Below are positions 1-14,690 of a DNA stretch of 64,000 nt, in pieces. The translations under genes and the position numbers were made by a program. This stretch comes from Acanthaster planci (lineage: Eukaryota). Every line of letters starts with the position of its first letter. Within the stretch, counting starts at the first letter, position 1. Under the pieces are notes generated by a model, which saw nothing but the letters and a program-made list of their open reading frames with translations, was not told the DNA's origin and did no database searches. The DNA lies in contig NW_019091366.1 in NCBI RefSeq assembly GCF_001949145.1, positions 2,899,627 through 2,963,626 of the forward strand. The letters run 5' to 3'.

Positions 1-3000
1 AATATCCATACATGTACATGCAGCAACAGTTGGGTTTCTTGTATGAATTGTGAAAGTATTGATATAATAGAAGTCAATAAACCAAAGAAGTAAAAAAAAA
101 AAAACCACCCTCTCCACATAGAATAACCCTTAGCATGAAATACCGGTACATGTAGCACAGCGTCCCTTAATGTCCTTTTTGCAGAGTTGGTCACATATTG
201 ACATTATTATACGTAATGTCTTTGGCTTCCATGTGTCAAATATAGTTTGGGGTAGGACCTAGGCGAAAGTGTGTTTGATCCTTAGGATTTATTTTCCAAA
301 GTAAAATAAAATTGTTCAGGGGACTCTGTCTGCAATAACTTAATATTATACAATTATTGGGAAATTAATGTTGTATTGTGGCAACAGTGTACTTCCTGAG
401 TTTCAGTGAACTCTATACTATAGATAGTATTAAGCTTTTTTTCAGAGGGGTTTATAGAGGGTTCATGTATGTTAAATTTAGCCCCAGTTCCATGTATACT
501 TGGCTATTCGTGCACTATATTAGTAATATGATTGACTTTGACACCCACAGCTTCTCCATTTGGAGATCATGAGACAGTTCCTTGGAAACATGGAATTACC
601 TTGATTACCTGGGATATCATTCGACAGAAACTTGGAACTATCATCATATAAATGCATGCAGTAGCTACAATGATTATATTTGAAACTATCAAATAATGTT
701 TAAATGTAAATCAAGACAGTCAGTCCTTTATTTTACGTGAGACTTGCTTGACCAATCATGCTTGAGGGATTCCTGCAAGTTATGATTTCCACTAATTTGT
801 TAAAGCCCTTGGGATGGGCTGAAGGATAGAATTCACAATTCTCTGATGAGTCAAGTTGATTTACTGGTTAGAAGGAATATAGTCTTAGCACACGTACAAC
901 TGTACTTGTGACAGCTTTTTAGCTTCTAATCTACATGTAAATGAAGAAAGTGAAGGTGATTTGACACAGTGTAACACAATCTTGTGATAATTAGTTTTCT
1001 TAAGTTGCATCTGCATCCACCCCCCTTCCAAAACCCTACCTTAGTCATTGTTGAGTTCCTGTCCTACAATGATATAAGCATAAATATCACAGTCAGAAAT
1101 GTCCATTTTTATTTCTTGCCGTTAGTCTGTAACAGAAGACACTTTGTTGTATGACAGTGCCAGTATGCTTGTTGAGCAAACACACACTGGTTAAGGAATA
1201 TGTATTTCCACCAAACAGAAATATAAAGACTATAGTCAGGACACTGTTGGGTAGGGGGCCTTGCTCTATGCTCTGTGCCAAATATGTGTGAGCCCCACAT
1301 ATTGTGACTCCTTGCAGTTTGCCAGATATCTATATACATGTGTAAATGTTCGTAACAGTTCATTTGAAATGATCTCAGTTGGTTAATTTTTCAACTCTGT
1401 ATTCCTGAGCTTTGTTGAAAAGGACGAAGAAATCAGAGTTTTGGTATATGGTAAAATGGTATGCATTTGAACCATATATTGGTTATACTGCCCTCAGTTG
1501 GCTCAGATCACCTAGTCAATATCCCTGCCACATGTTGCAGGAGTTGAGGAGTTGAATGAAACAGCTGTGCACACAGTATGTGTTGGCTAATTGTCTTGGC
1601 TAGCAATTTGGTTAATACAAATTGTAAAAACAAACAGGGAATTGCAGCTTTTGGGACCCTTGTATCTTATAAATTGCTCTGAACCATTTTCACAAAAGTA
1701 CAATTGTAATTTATTTTGCATTGAGGGCTTGGTGAAGCATCATTAATTTTCCCAGAAAAATCGTCTGGTTGTTGAAAGGATACTGCCTATATTCTCAGTG
1801 GAGTTGAACATCACATAGATGATATTTTTAATGGAAAATATATTTAGACTTTGGGGTAAAATCAGCATGTACTTGTAGTTCTGTCAGGAATATTGTTTTA
1901 GTGGCAAGTTGTTTTGTTCTACACATTTCTAACAGTCATCTTTTAATTAATTGAAATGCACCATTTCAAGGCAACGATCATGGTGTTTTAGTTTACAGGA
2001 AGCGGTGTTTGTTACAGGAAGCATATTTTTTACAACAGCAGTCTTGTGTTTGTGAAGTTTTCAGTCTCAGTTTTATGATACATGTACATGTACCTACATG
2101 CTAAGGAATCATCCAGGTTATGTTATCTTCAATGATATCCATATTATACTGCTTTTATGTACAATGTTCTAGGGGGTTTTAGCAGGGTAGGCTGTCCAAC
2201 CAAAATTTTTACGCTGCCCCACTGAAGTTGAGCTGTGCAGCTTAATTTTTCATTGCTCTGCTACATAAGCAATACCAATACATAAGCAATAAGCAAGTAC
2301 ATGTAGTAGTATTTTCAATTTTCTTTTTGTGCCTTTTCTTTTGATTTTTACAATGAGCCTTTTTAACCAGTTTTAAAAGCTAATGGATTTGACAGAATCT
2401 ACCCTTTAAGGAAGGAGGAAAGAAAATGCAATAAAATCCTGGCTTTCTGGTTTGCTGCTTGCTTTACCAGTGTGGATTAAAGCCTGTCGCTGAGCGAGGA
2501 CAACAACTAATGATAGTTGATGGATAGCCACTCATTGGCTTTCGCCAGAGCCAGCCTTTCACTAGACTGGCAATGAGAGCCCTACTGTCTGCGTACATCT
2601 ATGTGTATCTATAGCTTATGCTGTCACCTCATCCAGCAGGGAGCTGTTAGTGTGTATACAGAGAGGTTAGGGGCTAGGATAGGTGAAAGGATGCGAGTAC
2701 CAACCCAACTCGTTGTGTTCAGTGTGATTGTACATGTACCTCAGAAAGTAGCCGTATTTGGTGTGATATTGCTTGGGCTATAAGTGCACAAAAAGAATGA
2801 TGAGTTTGGGGAATTGGGGATGGTTTAACCCCTGTCAGGCTTTTTGTCAGGCATAGTGATCAAATTGCACAGTGCAAGTGCATTCATAATTGTAGTAGTT
2901 CATATACATGCACATGCAGCTCACGCAATCACTTGTTTAGCAGGTGCAAAGGCTAAAGTAGCAATCAGTGGATGAGGCAGAAAAGATAAGGGGAGGAGCT

Positions 3001-6000
3001 CAGATTTGGCAGAGAGGTGATGGTGTCAGCTATCCGAATCATTGAACTTGGATTAAACCCTACACCTGCTGTAGTGCATGGCAGGTGGACAAGTCTTTTC
3101 CTATAATCCATGCATTTGTGGATGGGTAATGGAGACTGGGAGGAGCTTTGAGATAAACATGTGGGCATCCCTAAACTTGCCTTATATTATTCCCTCAAAA
3201 TATCTACATTTTAGGGCTGATTAATTGCAGGTGGCACAGCTTTAACCAATTTATCCTTCAAAGTTGGAAGAGAGTGCTTCAGTTACTACTGTGTGTCAGT
3301 TTCATTGAAATTGAATAAGCAGATGGTAAAGAGGGTTGATGGGGTCTTCAGGGAAGGAAGGGGAGTCTTGTTATTTTTTTTATTAATCTTGGGTTGCTGC
3401 AGATTCCTTTTAATCTCATGTTTGCTTTTAATGCTTCATGTACATGTAGTTCAAAGTACACGTATGTATCTTTGGTTGTGACCACCAGACCATGGACTGC
3501 TGTAAGTGAAATTGAGAGGAAGACATTGCTCATATTTCTGGAGCCAGCTTTGATTGGAAGATCGTAGAAGAGACACAGTTACACTCACTATGTAATGTCT
3601 ACATGCAAGTGTGACAAATTGCACAGATGACAGGTGCCTGGCATGTTCTGAGCAGGGTTTCTTGTTTACTTGTGCTGGCAGAGATTTTTTTTCAGATTCA
3701 CATTTTGGACATTAGTTACATGTAGCTTTCTTGACAAGCACATCCACCCATTGTAAAACCTAGCCTGAAGATACATCATATGATGTGTGTATGTAGCCAC
3801 CTACGTTGTGAAATCTTTCTTGAGAGGAATTCTCTCCCTGTCTTACAGAAGCAGGTCAGTGGCATTGCATGGCTTTACCATACCTTGACCGTCGATTGTC
3901 CCAATCCCAGCTGTTAAGATTCGCACCATTATGGGAAGCCACTCATCAGTTCTGTCTTCCAATTAGCATTGACAGATTCCATTCTGTTTTTCACTGAAGT
4001 CGGGTAGTCAGCTGTGTCAGAGTGTCACCTGTGGTTTCTGATGTTTCCTGACCCTTTATATGGTCAAGCACTCCACTGATGACTGAATGGGCTTCCCTGT
4101 AAATTGAGGCATTCAGCATTTCAGGGTGCCTTTTGTGACAAGGCTCAAATGATAGGGGTACTGAATATTTTTTTAATAAACTGAGAAATTTTTATGTCAA
4201 ATGTAGTAGAAATGTATTAAAATTCATGTTGGCATTATTATTATGAAGGCCCTGTTTTTTCTGTATTTCCCTTCGATTTCTTAATGGGTTCATAAACCTT
4301 AAAAATTAAGGTAGTTGAGATCATTTAACTCAAAATGGGTTAGAAAAAGATGTAGGTTGAGAAGTTTCTGGGATGTGACTTTCCAAATGGAAAAATATTT
4401 CCTTAAAATTGCTTTAAATGAGGAATCCTTCGAAAAAAAGTTTGTGAAATTTGTAAGCAAAACAGGATTAGAAATTCTGAAAATCCCATTGTATGTATGT
4501 CCGATTCCCCAAGTGTCTGAGTACCCTAACGGCTAAGGCCAAGCTGGCAAACATCCAGACTCATACATGTTCCAACATGAATGCATTTGATCCAATTTAA
4601 TGAGCACCAGCTCAGTCATCATACATGCCATATTCATCGTGCACCTACTCTGGCACACCCTGATTTTGACAGTGTATAGTGTATTCACAGTTTGACTAAT
4701 TCAAATCCTTGCTACAATGCTAATAACTTTGTGCATTCTGTAATTAAGAAGTCAAGGTTAAGTGGATGGATTGGATGTGTAGAGGATTCCTAATGAGTCT
4801 TTTATTAAACCTATGGTTGGCATAGGCAGCATCCCCCAAATAACCTTGTAGTGTACTGTGTGACTAATGTTATTTTTTTTGTCTTCAGTTGAATGTTGAA
4901 GACATTATTATACTGGTATGTTCTGTATTGTTTTGTCAAGTAAATATATGTATGTGTATACCTCTGTGTAGATAGAGAGCTGTAGCAGTTCATGTACAGT
5001 ATGAACTTACAGTTAGCTGTTTAAATGTTTGTGTTTATTATTGAATTGTAAAAGTCCTGAGAAAAACTTCAACAATTAGAAATTTCAAGCTATGTACATG
5101 TACTTACCAGTAGCTGGTAGGTTGTCTCCAAGGGTTTTGTGGTTGATTGAACTGCACATATAAAAATTAGAAAGAGGAAAAATTTAGATTTGAAGTAACC
5201 CCATAGATTAGAAAATAACCTGACTTGATTTATTTTATTAAGATGAAAAGAAAGGGTTGTAACATTCCTCCATAAGGCTTGTTTTCACACAAAGAGGGCA
5301 TTTTCCTATTGTGTGAACAGAATATTCCTGAGTATCCATACAGTTCTCTGCTCTAGAGCACCTGGTTTGTACAGGCAATTTTCAGCTTGGGACTGTTCCT
5401 GTACTCCCTTGATGAAATGACAGTGTTTCCACTGAATTCTTGAAATGTTCTGAATTGTTACAGGCTACAGAACCTTCATGCTGGTCATGCAGTTTACTCC
5501 ATATTTTCCCTAGGATCCAAGTCCGACTGGTTCCTTAGCAAAAAACACAGCCTAGCAGTTTCGGTGTTTCAAAACTAACAAGGAACATAGCCACGAGCAA
5601 TCAAAATGATAACACAATTTTCGTATCCCTTTTGATGACCAAAAATTATATCTGCTTGGCATATATGATAAGATTCTAAGTAGCTCCTTATTTAATTTGT
5701 ACCTTATCCAAGCAGTTATTCTCTTGTCTTCTATGTTCACACAAGTGTGCCTTTCTTTGATAGGGTGCTGCACTATACGGTGACTGTGTTTCTAAGGATT
5801 TAGCACCAGTCACCTATCCGTCTTACAAGAATTCTTATTAATTAGTCTGTCATTGAAATTTTTTTTATGTTAGCTAAAGTACCCAAGGAGTGTGAATTGC
5901 AAACTTCTGTTAGACACCACAAGTCACTGAACCCCCCCCTAACATTCTCCTTTCCCATCACCTCTTCGGACTGTTCCTGGATCGTAAGTAATTTGCCCCT

Positions 6001-8789
6001 CAAATTAATATCCAGTTTGGCCGTCATGGGCTGATACTGGGAGCCAGGCAAGATCTCCCACTGGTATCCCGAGGGGGGAAAGCTACTCGATTTGCCTGGC
6101 TTGGATTGATCTGAAGTGACACTACATTCATTTCACTTTGTGGAGCTGTGGCTGGGCTAATTTCAAGGGTTGTTCTATGCCAGTTTTGATATCATGCTGG
6201 TCACAAAGTAGCAGGTGTTAATAATGGTTGCTGGAGTTAACCTCTCTGTAGCATGCCATTTGAGATGGTAATTCAGATCAGTTTTTTTGTTTAATTTTTG
6301 TTTCTTGAAATAGTTTCTCTTAAATTTTTTTTTGTTTGCATGGAAAAGGCCTTTATTGGTACTGGAAGAGATCAAAGACAAGTGGAGATGTTTCTGCTTT
6401 TCCTAAAGAAACAACCAACAGGTTAACGTACCGGTACTGCAGCACCAGTTAGTAGTTACTTTCCAACATGAGTGCTTTAAGTGTGGAATATCTTGAAGCA
6501 TAATTTTATTTTCTGTATTGACCTGTCATTCAACAGTAGTTTTAGTTCTCTTCCGACATTAAAACATGCACAAGCTATGTACTCATGTGGAATGACATGG
6601 GCCCTACCTGACTGCGCTTCCCTGGCATACACAATGGTCTTTTTCATGTCTTTGTGAGTCTCCGTTTAACCCACCCTGAAAAAAGTGAGGCCTTGGAAGG
6701 TGGTGCGGTACACAACTGAAAATAATAAACAGTTGTGAAGTGTATAATCCAATTTTCCTTGGATATTTCTGCACCTCCATGCAAACACTTACATGGGGAA
6801 ACGAGGGCGTTTTGATGATGAATAATTGAATGTGTGAGGTAGGTAGGATGGTGAAGGGTAGAAGACAGATCAGGCTTTGAAATATTGATCAAGATGACGA
6901 GCTAGCACAGTTCTGTGGGGATGGAGTAGGCTTGCAAGCTTGCATCCCATTTATTTAGGTTGGACTGCGGCTCAACAGACCCTAAACTTTTGACCTGAAA
7001 AAAAAAATTGAGGGTTAAAAGATAAAGTTAAAAGCCAGTAGAAAATTGCAACTGACCCACACTTCAGATTGAAATATCTAAGACCTGTGCCAGTTGAACA
7101 TGTTTGGCATTTGTGCATTACTCAATGCCAGTACATGTAGATGGCAATAATTGTTCAGATTGGAAATGCGCAATTCATATTTTATCAGTGTTGTTACATG
7201 CTTTAATCTTTGCAGCTTTCCATATTTTGTCGTTTGTCTTAATCACGTAAAGGGATTACGGCAGGTTAGTGGTTAGTGAATGCAAGTAGCATAATATCTA
7301 CATGTACATGTACTTCTCTGTCTTGTTTGTATTTATACATGTTCATTTATACATTAAGGTATTTTATTCCCTGCTTGTGAGCACTTCATGGGGATCTATT
7401 AATTTAGCTCTGCTTACAAAGCATTAGCATTTATGCAGTTTTTATGTTATATATAATTTAATATCTCATGCTTTCTGTGAAATTCAGTTAGTTTCTGTTC
7501 CTGTCTCAAGTACTGCCAATATACCAGCCTCTCTTCCAGTTAAGCGCAGCAGCTCGGACTGTCCCTGTGAATCACCCTGTTGTGAACCATCACACATGCT
7601 GCCAACTCACACAAGTTACACAGCTAAATTCCACAACAGCTGTTGCCAAAACTATCATTGCTGTATTTACAAAAAGACAACTGAAATATTACCCTGAGGC
7701 AAATTTGTTTGCATCTTGGTTCTGGCATATTATATGTAAATATGTTGATTTGCTTGGACCGTTATATCGGTGCAGTCATATGTATATTTCAACTTAGCTG
7801 TGCTGTGTCTATTTCATATTATAGAGATTATACCAGGACGTTATGATTTGTGTTGTCACGCATATTTTGACTGTCTGTGAGTCTGGCTCTCAGTTTCATT
7901 TAATTGTTATAGACACACATCTGTGAAGTTAGCTAGTTCAAGAGCGGTTGATGCCCCTTGTAACTTACCATGAACAATCTGGACTTTTTACCTCCAGGCT
8001 TGTAATTTATTTTTGTGTGCTATTATTGTGTTTGAAAATTATCGGCAAGGCATTTAGCAAAATTGCACTTCATCAATTTGTAAATTTAACGTACCCTTTT
8101 AATTTTCATTTTTGTATGGAGTATCCTGATGTGAGGCATCAGGATGGTGGACCACAGTTTTTTTTTTTTTGCTTTTGTTGCTTCTTGCCCTATTTATGTG
8201 TTTTTTAAAATCTTGTCAAATAAATAATAATAGTAGTTGAACAGAAAAGAAGAAAACCATAAGGAGAAAAGTGTAAGTGTACATGTCTTTCCTCAAATAC
8301 AAATAATTTTCTTGACTAAATGTGGAATTTGACAAGGATTTGATAAATTAAGTAGAAGTTGTCATTGCAGTTCTTTTCATATTAGACATTTAAAAAATTT
8401 GAATTTAAATACTGACATTGACATTATTTTGGTTATTTCATGTGGTCATGACTGTATTTGAGAAAAACTACACAAACCATGTTCATCACTACCAGTATGT
8501 TTATCGCAGCCTTTTGCACCATAGGAAATAAGTAACTTATGTTTGGTATTACATGTATATGCATGTATAGCAACAGGTAGTTTCTGCATTGATAAGATAC
8601 ATATACATGTACAGTAGCATAATACAGACAGTAATGATTGTCTCTGTACATGGAGCTCAGATCTTTTCTTGGTACAAAGTGTTGCAGACAGTTGAACCAA
8701 TCAAATTGAGCTGGCTAAACAGGGGTTCCATTACCACTTTTGTCTCTAACCAGTCATCCGTGCAGTGCTTTTCATATGCAAATTGATAT

Positions 8790-8825
8790 GGGCGGTCGCA
8801 CATGGCACCCCAGTCAGCCAATCAG
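8790..8825 (+). promoter_or_regulatory. Candidate TATA-less promoter core. It has an Sp1-type GC box GGGCGG at 8,790-8,795 and an NF-Y-type CCAAT box GCCAATCAG at 8,817-8,825.
   Basis: Both motifs are exact matches and lie 22 bp apart. They sit about 240 bp upstream of the candidate ATG at 9,064. The orientation and target gene are uncertain. Confidence 0.2.
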
Positions 8826-9063
8826 AAGTCTGGAGCCTATCAAAAGATAGCTGTATTGTGCATGTACGGCCAACCATGTGGTTAATATGGGTGAGCTGGC
8901 AGTAGCATGGTTGTGTGTATGCGTGTGTAGCCTGCAAGCATAGGGTCTGTGTGAACTGTACAATGTGCATGGTGCCCAGAGTATACATGTACACATGGTG
9001 AGAAGAGACTGTATGGAATCCAGTGACAGCTGCTTTTGATCCTGCCGCTTAGTAAGACCCGTG

Positions 9064-9216
9064 ATGCTAACACACTCTTACGTGCAGCAAATCCCTATGC
9101 TTGGTCCCCCACTTCTGAATACCCAACGTGTACCAATGGAGCCTACTGGTGTGGTTATGATTCCGTACCCCTGCCCACAAGCTGTACCCGTCATAATGCA
9201 ACCCCCTTTACAACCG
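9064..9216 (+). CDS. Candidate first coding exon of an unidentified gene, ATG-initiated and P/Q/M/V-rich (MLTHSYVQQIPMLGPPLLNTQRVPMEPTGVVMIPYPCPQAVPVIMQPPLQP), ending at a GTAAG donor.
   Basis: The ATG at 9,064 has a purine at -3 (cccgtgATGc). An in-frame TGA lies upstream at 9,037. The open frame runs to a GTAAGA donor at 9,217 in phase 0. The composition is proline-rich and low-complexity. A GC box and CCAAT box lie about 250 bp upstream. I recognise no homologue. This is a different frame from the one in the supplied ORF track. Confidence 0.2.
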
Positions 9217-10232
9217 GTAAGATATTGCCAAGCAAACTAAATTATTTTCAGTGTTGTTTTTTTTTAGGGTTTTTGATGCTAGGAAAAGAGGTTGAGGTGA
9301 TATGTCTGATATTGATAACACCGATGTTTGTGTGTGTTTGAAAGTGTGTTTTATGTGGCAAGGCGAAAGTAAAACAGACATTTTCATAGAATTGTTTTGA
9401 TAATGATCAGTGCCTTCCCACCTCAAATATTGGAAAGTGAGGTATGCATACTTGGAGGTTAACCTTTCATGCACATACATGCTTACATGTATGTTGGACA
9501 TACCACAGTATTTCAATATTTTCTAAACAACTCTCATGTTGAATGTTTGAAAGCCTTTTGGCTCGGTAAAATTTTATTCAGTAGGCTAATTTTTTGTGTT
9601 GTTTTTAGTTGAGTATTGTTGACAAGTTGAGATTGTCAGATCTATCTATTTTGATGGATATTTGAAATATTTGTTTTTACCTTCTACTCCATCGTTAGAA
9701 GTGTGAAGCATGAAAGTCAAATTGAATTGTGTTCTTATTGCATGATCTAGATTACATGCTTTGTAGACATACCCAAATATTGCTGTAAGACTGTATGTAC
9801 AGAGAAATGTAGGTACTTTACCTGTGGACATTTATATTTGCTTTACAAAGTCCATTGGAAGTCAAACTTTTAAAATAGCTATTCCGTTGGTGGATGTTAT
9901 ATGTACATGTAAATGTTACATTTCAAAGCGAAGAACAACTTGTAGATTTTCCCCTAATGCTTGTGGTCCTCGGAACTTAAAAATATAAGACAGTCCCAAA
10001 TCCTCCAATTTTAATATGATTTTACACCCTAGGGGTTAGGGTTAATTTGTTGTATTGGTACATGTATGTGTGTAGGTGAGCTACTTCACGTAATGTAGGC
10101 CTCAAATACTGTAAAATCAATTCCATGAAGAAATTACCATTTGAACTCATTTTGTGGAATGTGATGTTTATAATGTTTGGTTGGTTATTTGAGTTTATGA
10201 TGTAAAATATTTAGAAACATACTGTAAAAAGG

Positions 10233-10303
10233 ACACAAAACTATTTTTATATCACATGAAACAAAAGACACAAAACTATTTTTATATCACATGAAACAAA
10301 AGA
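10233..10303. repeat. Direct tandem duplication of a 35-bp unit, ACACAAAACTATTTTTATATCACATGAAACAAAAG x2.
   Basis: The two copies are exact and adjacent. Confidence 0.85.
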
Positions 10304-13300
10304 CAAAATTTGTATTTTTTCTAGTGATTGCTGTAATTGGACATCAAGATCTGGTGTTAGCATAGCAATATGTTAGCTCACAGAGTACGTAAGCATTTGG
10401 CAGAATGAAGACTAGAGGTTTTCTAATCAAACTATTGAAATGGGATTAAGCTACAGCACAACCTACTGTAACAAACACAGTGGGTTCACAGAAAATGTTT
10501 GTTATATGGTCATTGGGCAAAGAGATTTTCAGTTGCTGATGCAACCATTCTCAGCTCTGGCCCGTTCAAATGTGTAGCAGCCTGCCGTACGAATGTTTCT
10601 GCACGAGGATTTTAGATCAACACTTCCAATGCAAAAAGCTATAACACAGTAATTGTGCATTTTCTTCAATATATTTTAAGTTCCCTCCCATATTTCACCT
10701 CTCGGTTCTCAATGAAAGTCAAATCTTGAAACATATGAACCCATGAGTCTCCCATGAGTTATCAACATACAACACAGTTACACCAGTTCCTTCTGTTAAA
10801 ATAGAATTATAATAAATGCAGATGTGCCGGGAACCATTCTATAGCACTGAATTTGCAGTGGCATAGGACTGAAGTAGCCAATATCAGTCGGCTTACATGA
10901 AACTTGAACTAAATTTGTAAATTATTTAACAAAGATTTCCGCAAGTTAAGTCGCAAAAGTTCATCTGTTTATCGCTGTGTGTATTTTTGGTATTGATAAT
11001 TTTTTTCAAGGTAGAAATCCTTGCCTTGTTTCAGTAACAAGTATAAGATTTGCCTCATTTAAAGAGTGGCCCATTTTGCATGCACATACATGTACATACA
11101 TATATGTACAAGTGCTGGGGTGGGTGGTCTACATGGATACCAATTTATGCACACGAATAAAATGGACTCTGCCACTTGCTGACCATTGTTACTTTGCAAG
11201 CAAGATTTTCCTTTAGTTTCAAGTCATTATCATTGCTAAGAAAATTTCTTTCATTTAGAGCAAATTTTAAGTGTTTGGTAAAAAGTGCACGGAAAATTCA
11301 GGAATCGAGGGACCTAACTGGTATAGCTGATTGCTCGGTTTAGTGGTGTTCAGTATAGTGAATGTTGTACTGTATATGAAATGAACTCGCCACTAAAAGT
11401 TGCCAAGTCATATGAATTGCTTTCTCTCCATATAGAGAGTTTGCATGGCTGCCATCTTTGCACGCCAGTACTTTTGTTCTGTAGGGTATGTGCAAAGGAC
11501 GTTTCCGTATGGAACAACACAACTTCCCTGCGAGATGGCTACTGTGCAAAGCTTCTATACAATTTCCCAAAGGAGCTTTTGTGTTCAGCCAAATTGTTCA
11601 GCCAATTTCAGTTGATCCTAACAGAAACACATTCAAATTTCTGGATACATAAATTTGTATGTGTAGGTATAACGTTATGATTCGAAATTTTGAATAAAAA
11701 CTAATGACTCAATCAGTGTACGTATCCAACTGTCCACGAGTTGTCAATGGTGCGTATGTACTCATAAATGACAGCGGCAGCAACCTGTCATCCTGGATTT
11801 AGATTAAAACTAAACCATCTAAATTCCTGTTATAAAAATTAGTCAATTTTGTGCTCTGATCCCACACAGTTCATTTGATTTGTACCTGTAATTACAAGAT
11901 CACCTGTCCACAAGGTCATCAATTCATCTGCAAGTTACCTATTGAAAAGAAATACATAGGATGTAGGTAGTATATGGCATGAATGGAGTTTTTCTTCGAA
12001 TTGATCCGAGAGTCAGTCTTAGGGTATCTCCCATCGAGATAGTTATTCTTGTATGATGTCACCAATTCAATCAGTGTTTTAATGAGGAATTTGGATTAAT
12101 GATGTACATCATGGCAGTCATTATCAGGTCACTCAGATCTGATAGCAGGTGGTTTTAACAGGTGGGACCCTAACACACTGTTAATGCCACAGCTTGAAGT
12201 GTGAGAACTGAGCAAAATTCAGGTATTCAGAAAATATGCTTAAGAAATAATACTGTAGCTCATCAATCCAACAAAAGCTATTCCGAGAATACAGTGGCAA
12301 AAATTCAAAGAGGTGCAAGACATACTTGTTACTTTCCTAAGACATGACCAAAGGATTTGAAAACGGAAAATTCAATGTGTCAGGAGGATTCTCGTGACTG
12401 TTCTCACAGTTGTGGAAATTCATGTGCATTCGTAGAACATCATGAAGGTGTTCGTACAGACAGTTCAGGGTGTAAATTGATAACTAATGGGAAACACTGG
12501 CAAGAATGTGTTGTATAGTGTAATCATCTTGACCTTTGATCCTGCAGTGCTCGACTTGTGAGCATCATTTTGTCTACCTTTTGTCCAGTAGAAAGGGTTG
12601 TTTCCGAACTTCAGATCTCATGAAATGCAGCTCTGCCTATCATAGAGTTGACCTTAACAGAGGCAAAAGTGGCTGAATTATCCAGTGGGGATGTCCAGAG
12701 AGGGTGTGTAGTTGGCAAGCCTAGTGTAATATTGTGATGTTACCGTATGCGTAATGATGGATGCGCATCACCTGCCCCACATCAATAAAACAAGATGAGT
12801 GGAGCGATCGCTGCATGCGTGTAATGCCTGTACTACTTGGCCTGTCTTACCTCTCAGAAGCAACCAGCTTGTAATTATCCTTGAGATAAAGTGTAATGAA
12901 ACCGGTGATGCAGGGCACCGATATTAAAATTTAATGATACCGAATCCCCCTCCATATGGCATAGAAAGGCTGTACCTTTGGCTGTACACTAAATGCCCAT
13001 TACTAGAAGGCCATTTGGACTGAAGATTATTCCCAACCATTTACCATTTATGCAGAGAAAAAGTGCATTGCAATTTATCAGCATAAATACTTCTGGATAA
13101 TTTTTTTACCAGAAGTCATTTATGTAGCAACTCTAGCATATATCTAAACTTTATCAAAATTTATTGGGCTAATCCATCAGCAATCTTTGATTAATTTGTC
13201 TGGAAAAAATTGGAAAAGGACCATTTAAAACAGCCAAATACTCTTAATTTTAATGTGACCTGCATGTGGAATATTTTGCTTGGTCAAAAGCTTCATGTAA

Positions 13301-14596
13301 ATGGCGTTATAAGACAAATCATGAGATTAACACTTTTTTCATCGCAAATGTAGGTAGCATGAGTTTTTCCATCATTTTTTATCACAGAGGATGCCAAAAG
13401 GTAATTGATTGAAAAACTTAAGAAAGAGAAAGGAATATGTGAAAATTTTCTCAGCTGAGTCAAAGTGATGAATTTATTGATTTATTTAAGTTGTGATACT
13501 TAGTGAGTGATAAATTGCCGGCTGATTGTGATCCAAACCAAAACCCATTTTTCATCTTGTAAAGAAGAAGTTGCGGCTAGTCTGGAAAAAAGCAAATATA
13601 AACAGCGTTAATAGCTGGCTGTGCTGAAATTGAAAGCAAACAAATGTTATAGGAGTTGCTGCTTTTTATCCCTTGCTATTATCAAACACATCAATTAAGG
13701 TATTATATACAGCTTCTTGCTTTGACCTGTTGCAGGCTTTGGTTAATGTGTAATTGTGTTATCTTTGGGTGAAGGTGGTCCACGTGGCAGTGTACAAATC
13801 AAGTTTGATATCTCTTGGCAGTTCGTGGGAATATGTTTTTGTGAATCACATTTTAAAGTCAAAATGGAATTTTAAACTAACTTGTACATGTATGTGTGAT
13901 TGATGTGACTATATGTGGAAATAGGAGTAATGTTTATAGGAATTAGAAGTTTTTCATGTGTTTTTGGTTCAGGCTTTTTTTCTTCTGAAACCATTTCTTG
14001 CATTTGCTATTATGTGCATCTTTCAAAACTGAAGGGGATACTGTTTCTGTCTTTTTTAAGCTGGTAACCTTTTCTAGTCTGGGTTTTCTAAAGTAACCCT
14101 CCAGAAATCAAGCATACCTTTAAGTTTGAGAAAATATAATTTTCATGGATTGTCTTAAGATCGAAATGTATGAATTCTTTTGATACTTGAAAACTTTCTG
14201 CATAATTTTGTACTGTAGCATTAAGATAAATTAAGTTTCAGTTGGCAAAGAATTGACTTTCTACAGCAAGTCATAGTGCTCCTCTACTTTTCCTAATAAA
14301 TTGGATACGTTCTCAACTACCTCCTGATGCCAAAATAATTCTCCAGATGCACAATGTCATGTTGGCTCTGTGCGATCCTTGTCAGAAGTGAGCATTACTG
14401 TCTTTGACAGTGAATTGCAAGCATTTGAACATAAACAAAGAAAAAATTAGACAGATTTTGACAAGGTCAAAACCTTTGTTAATATTGAGCTTATAGGCAT
14501 GATGAACTTGTACAAAGTGAAGAACATTGTCTTAATTTTTTCGTATTTTGTAATTCTTTGTATTACTGTGCATACGAAAGTAGTACAAATGAATTA

Positions 14597-14690
14597 CATA
14601 CATGTACATGTCTGTAGGTGTTACATACATGTCTGTAGGTGTTACATACATGTGCCTTCAGTGTTACATACATGTGCCTTCAGTAGTGAG
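14597..14690. repeat. Short tandem duplications, GTGTTACATACATGTCTGTAG x2 followed by TGTTACATACATGTGCCTTCAG x2.
   Basis: Direct adjacent repeats are visible in the sequence. Confidence 0.8.

Noticed and set aside
9036-9341. ORF-track frame of the 9.0-9.3 kb region (W/C/Y-rich 101-aa protein)
   Set aside because: That frame reads through the GTAAG donor into obvious non-coding poly-T sequence and has an implausible composition. The +1 frame, which is P/Q-rich with ATG and Kozak and ends at the donor, is the more plausible coding reading. It is reported with low confidence instead.
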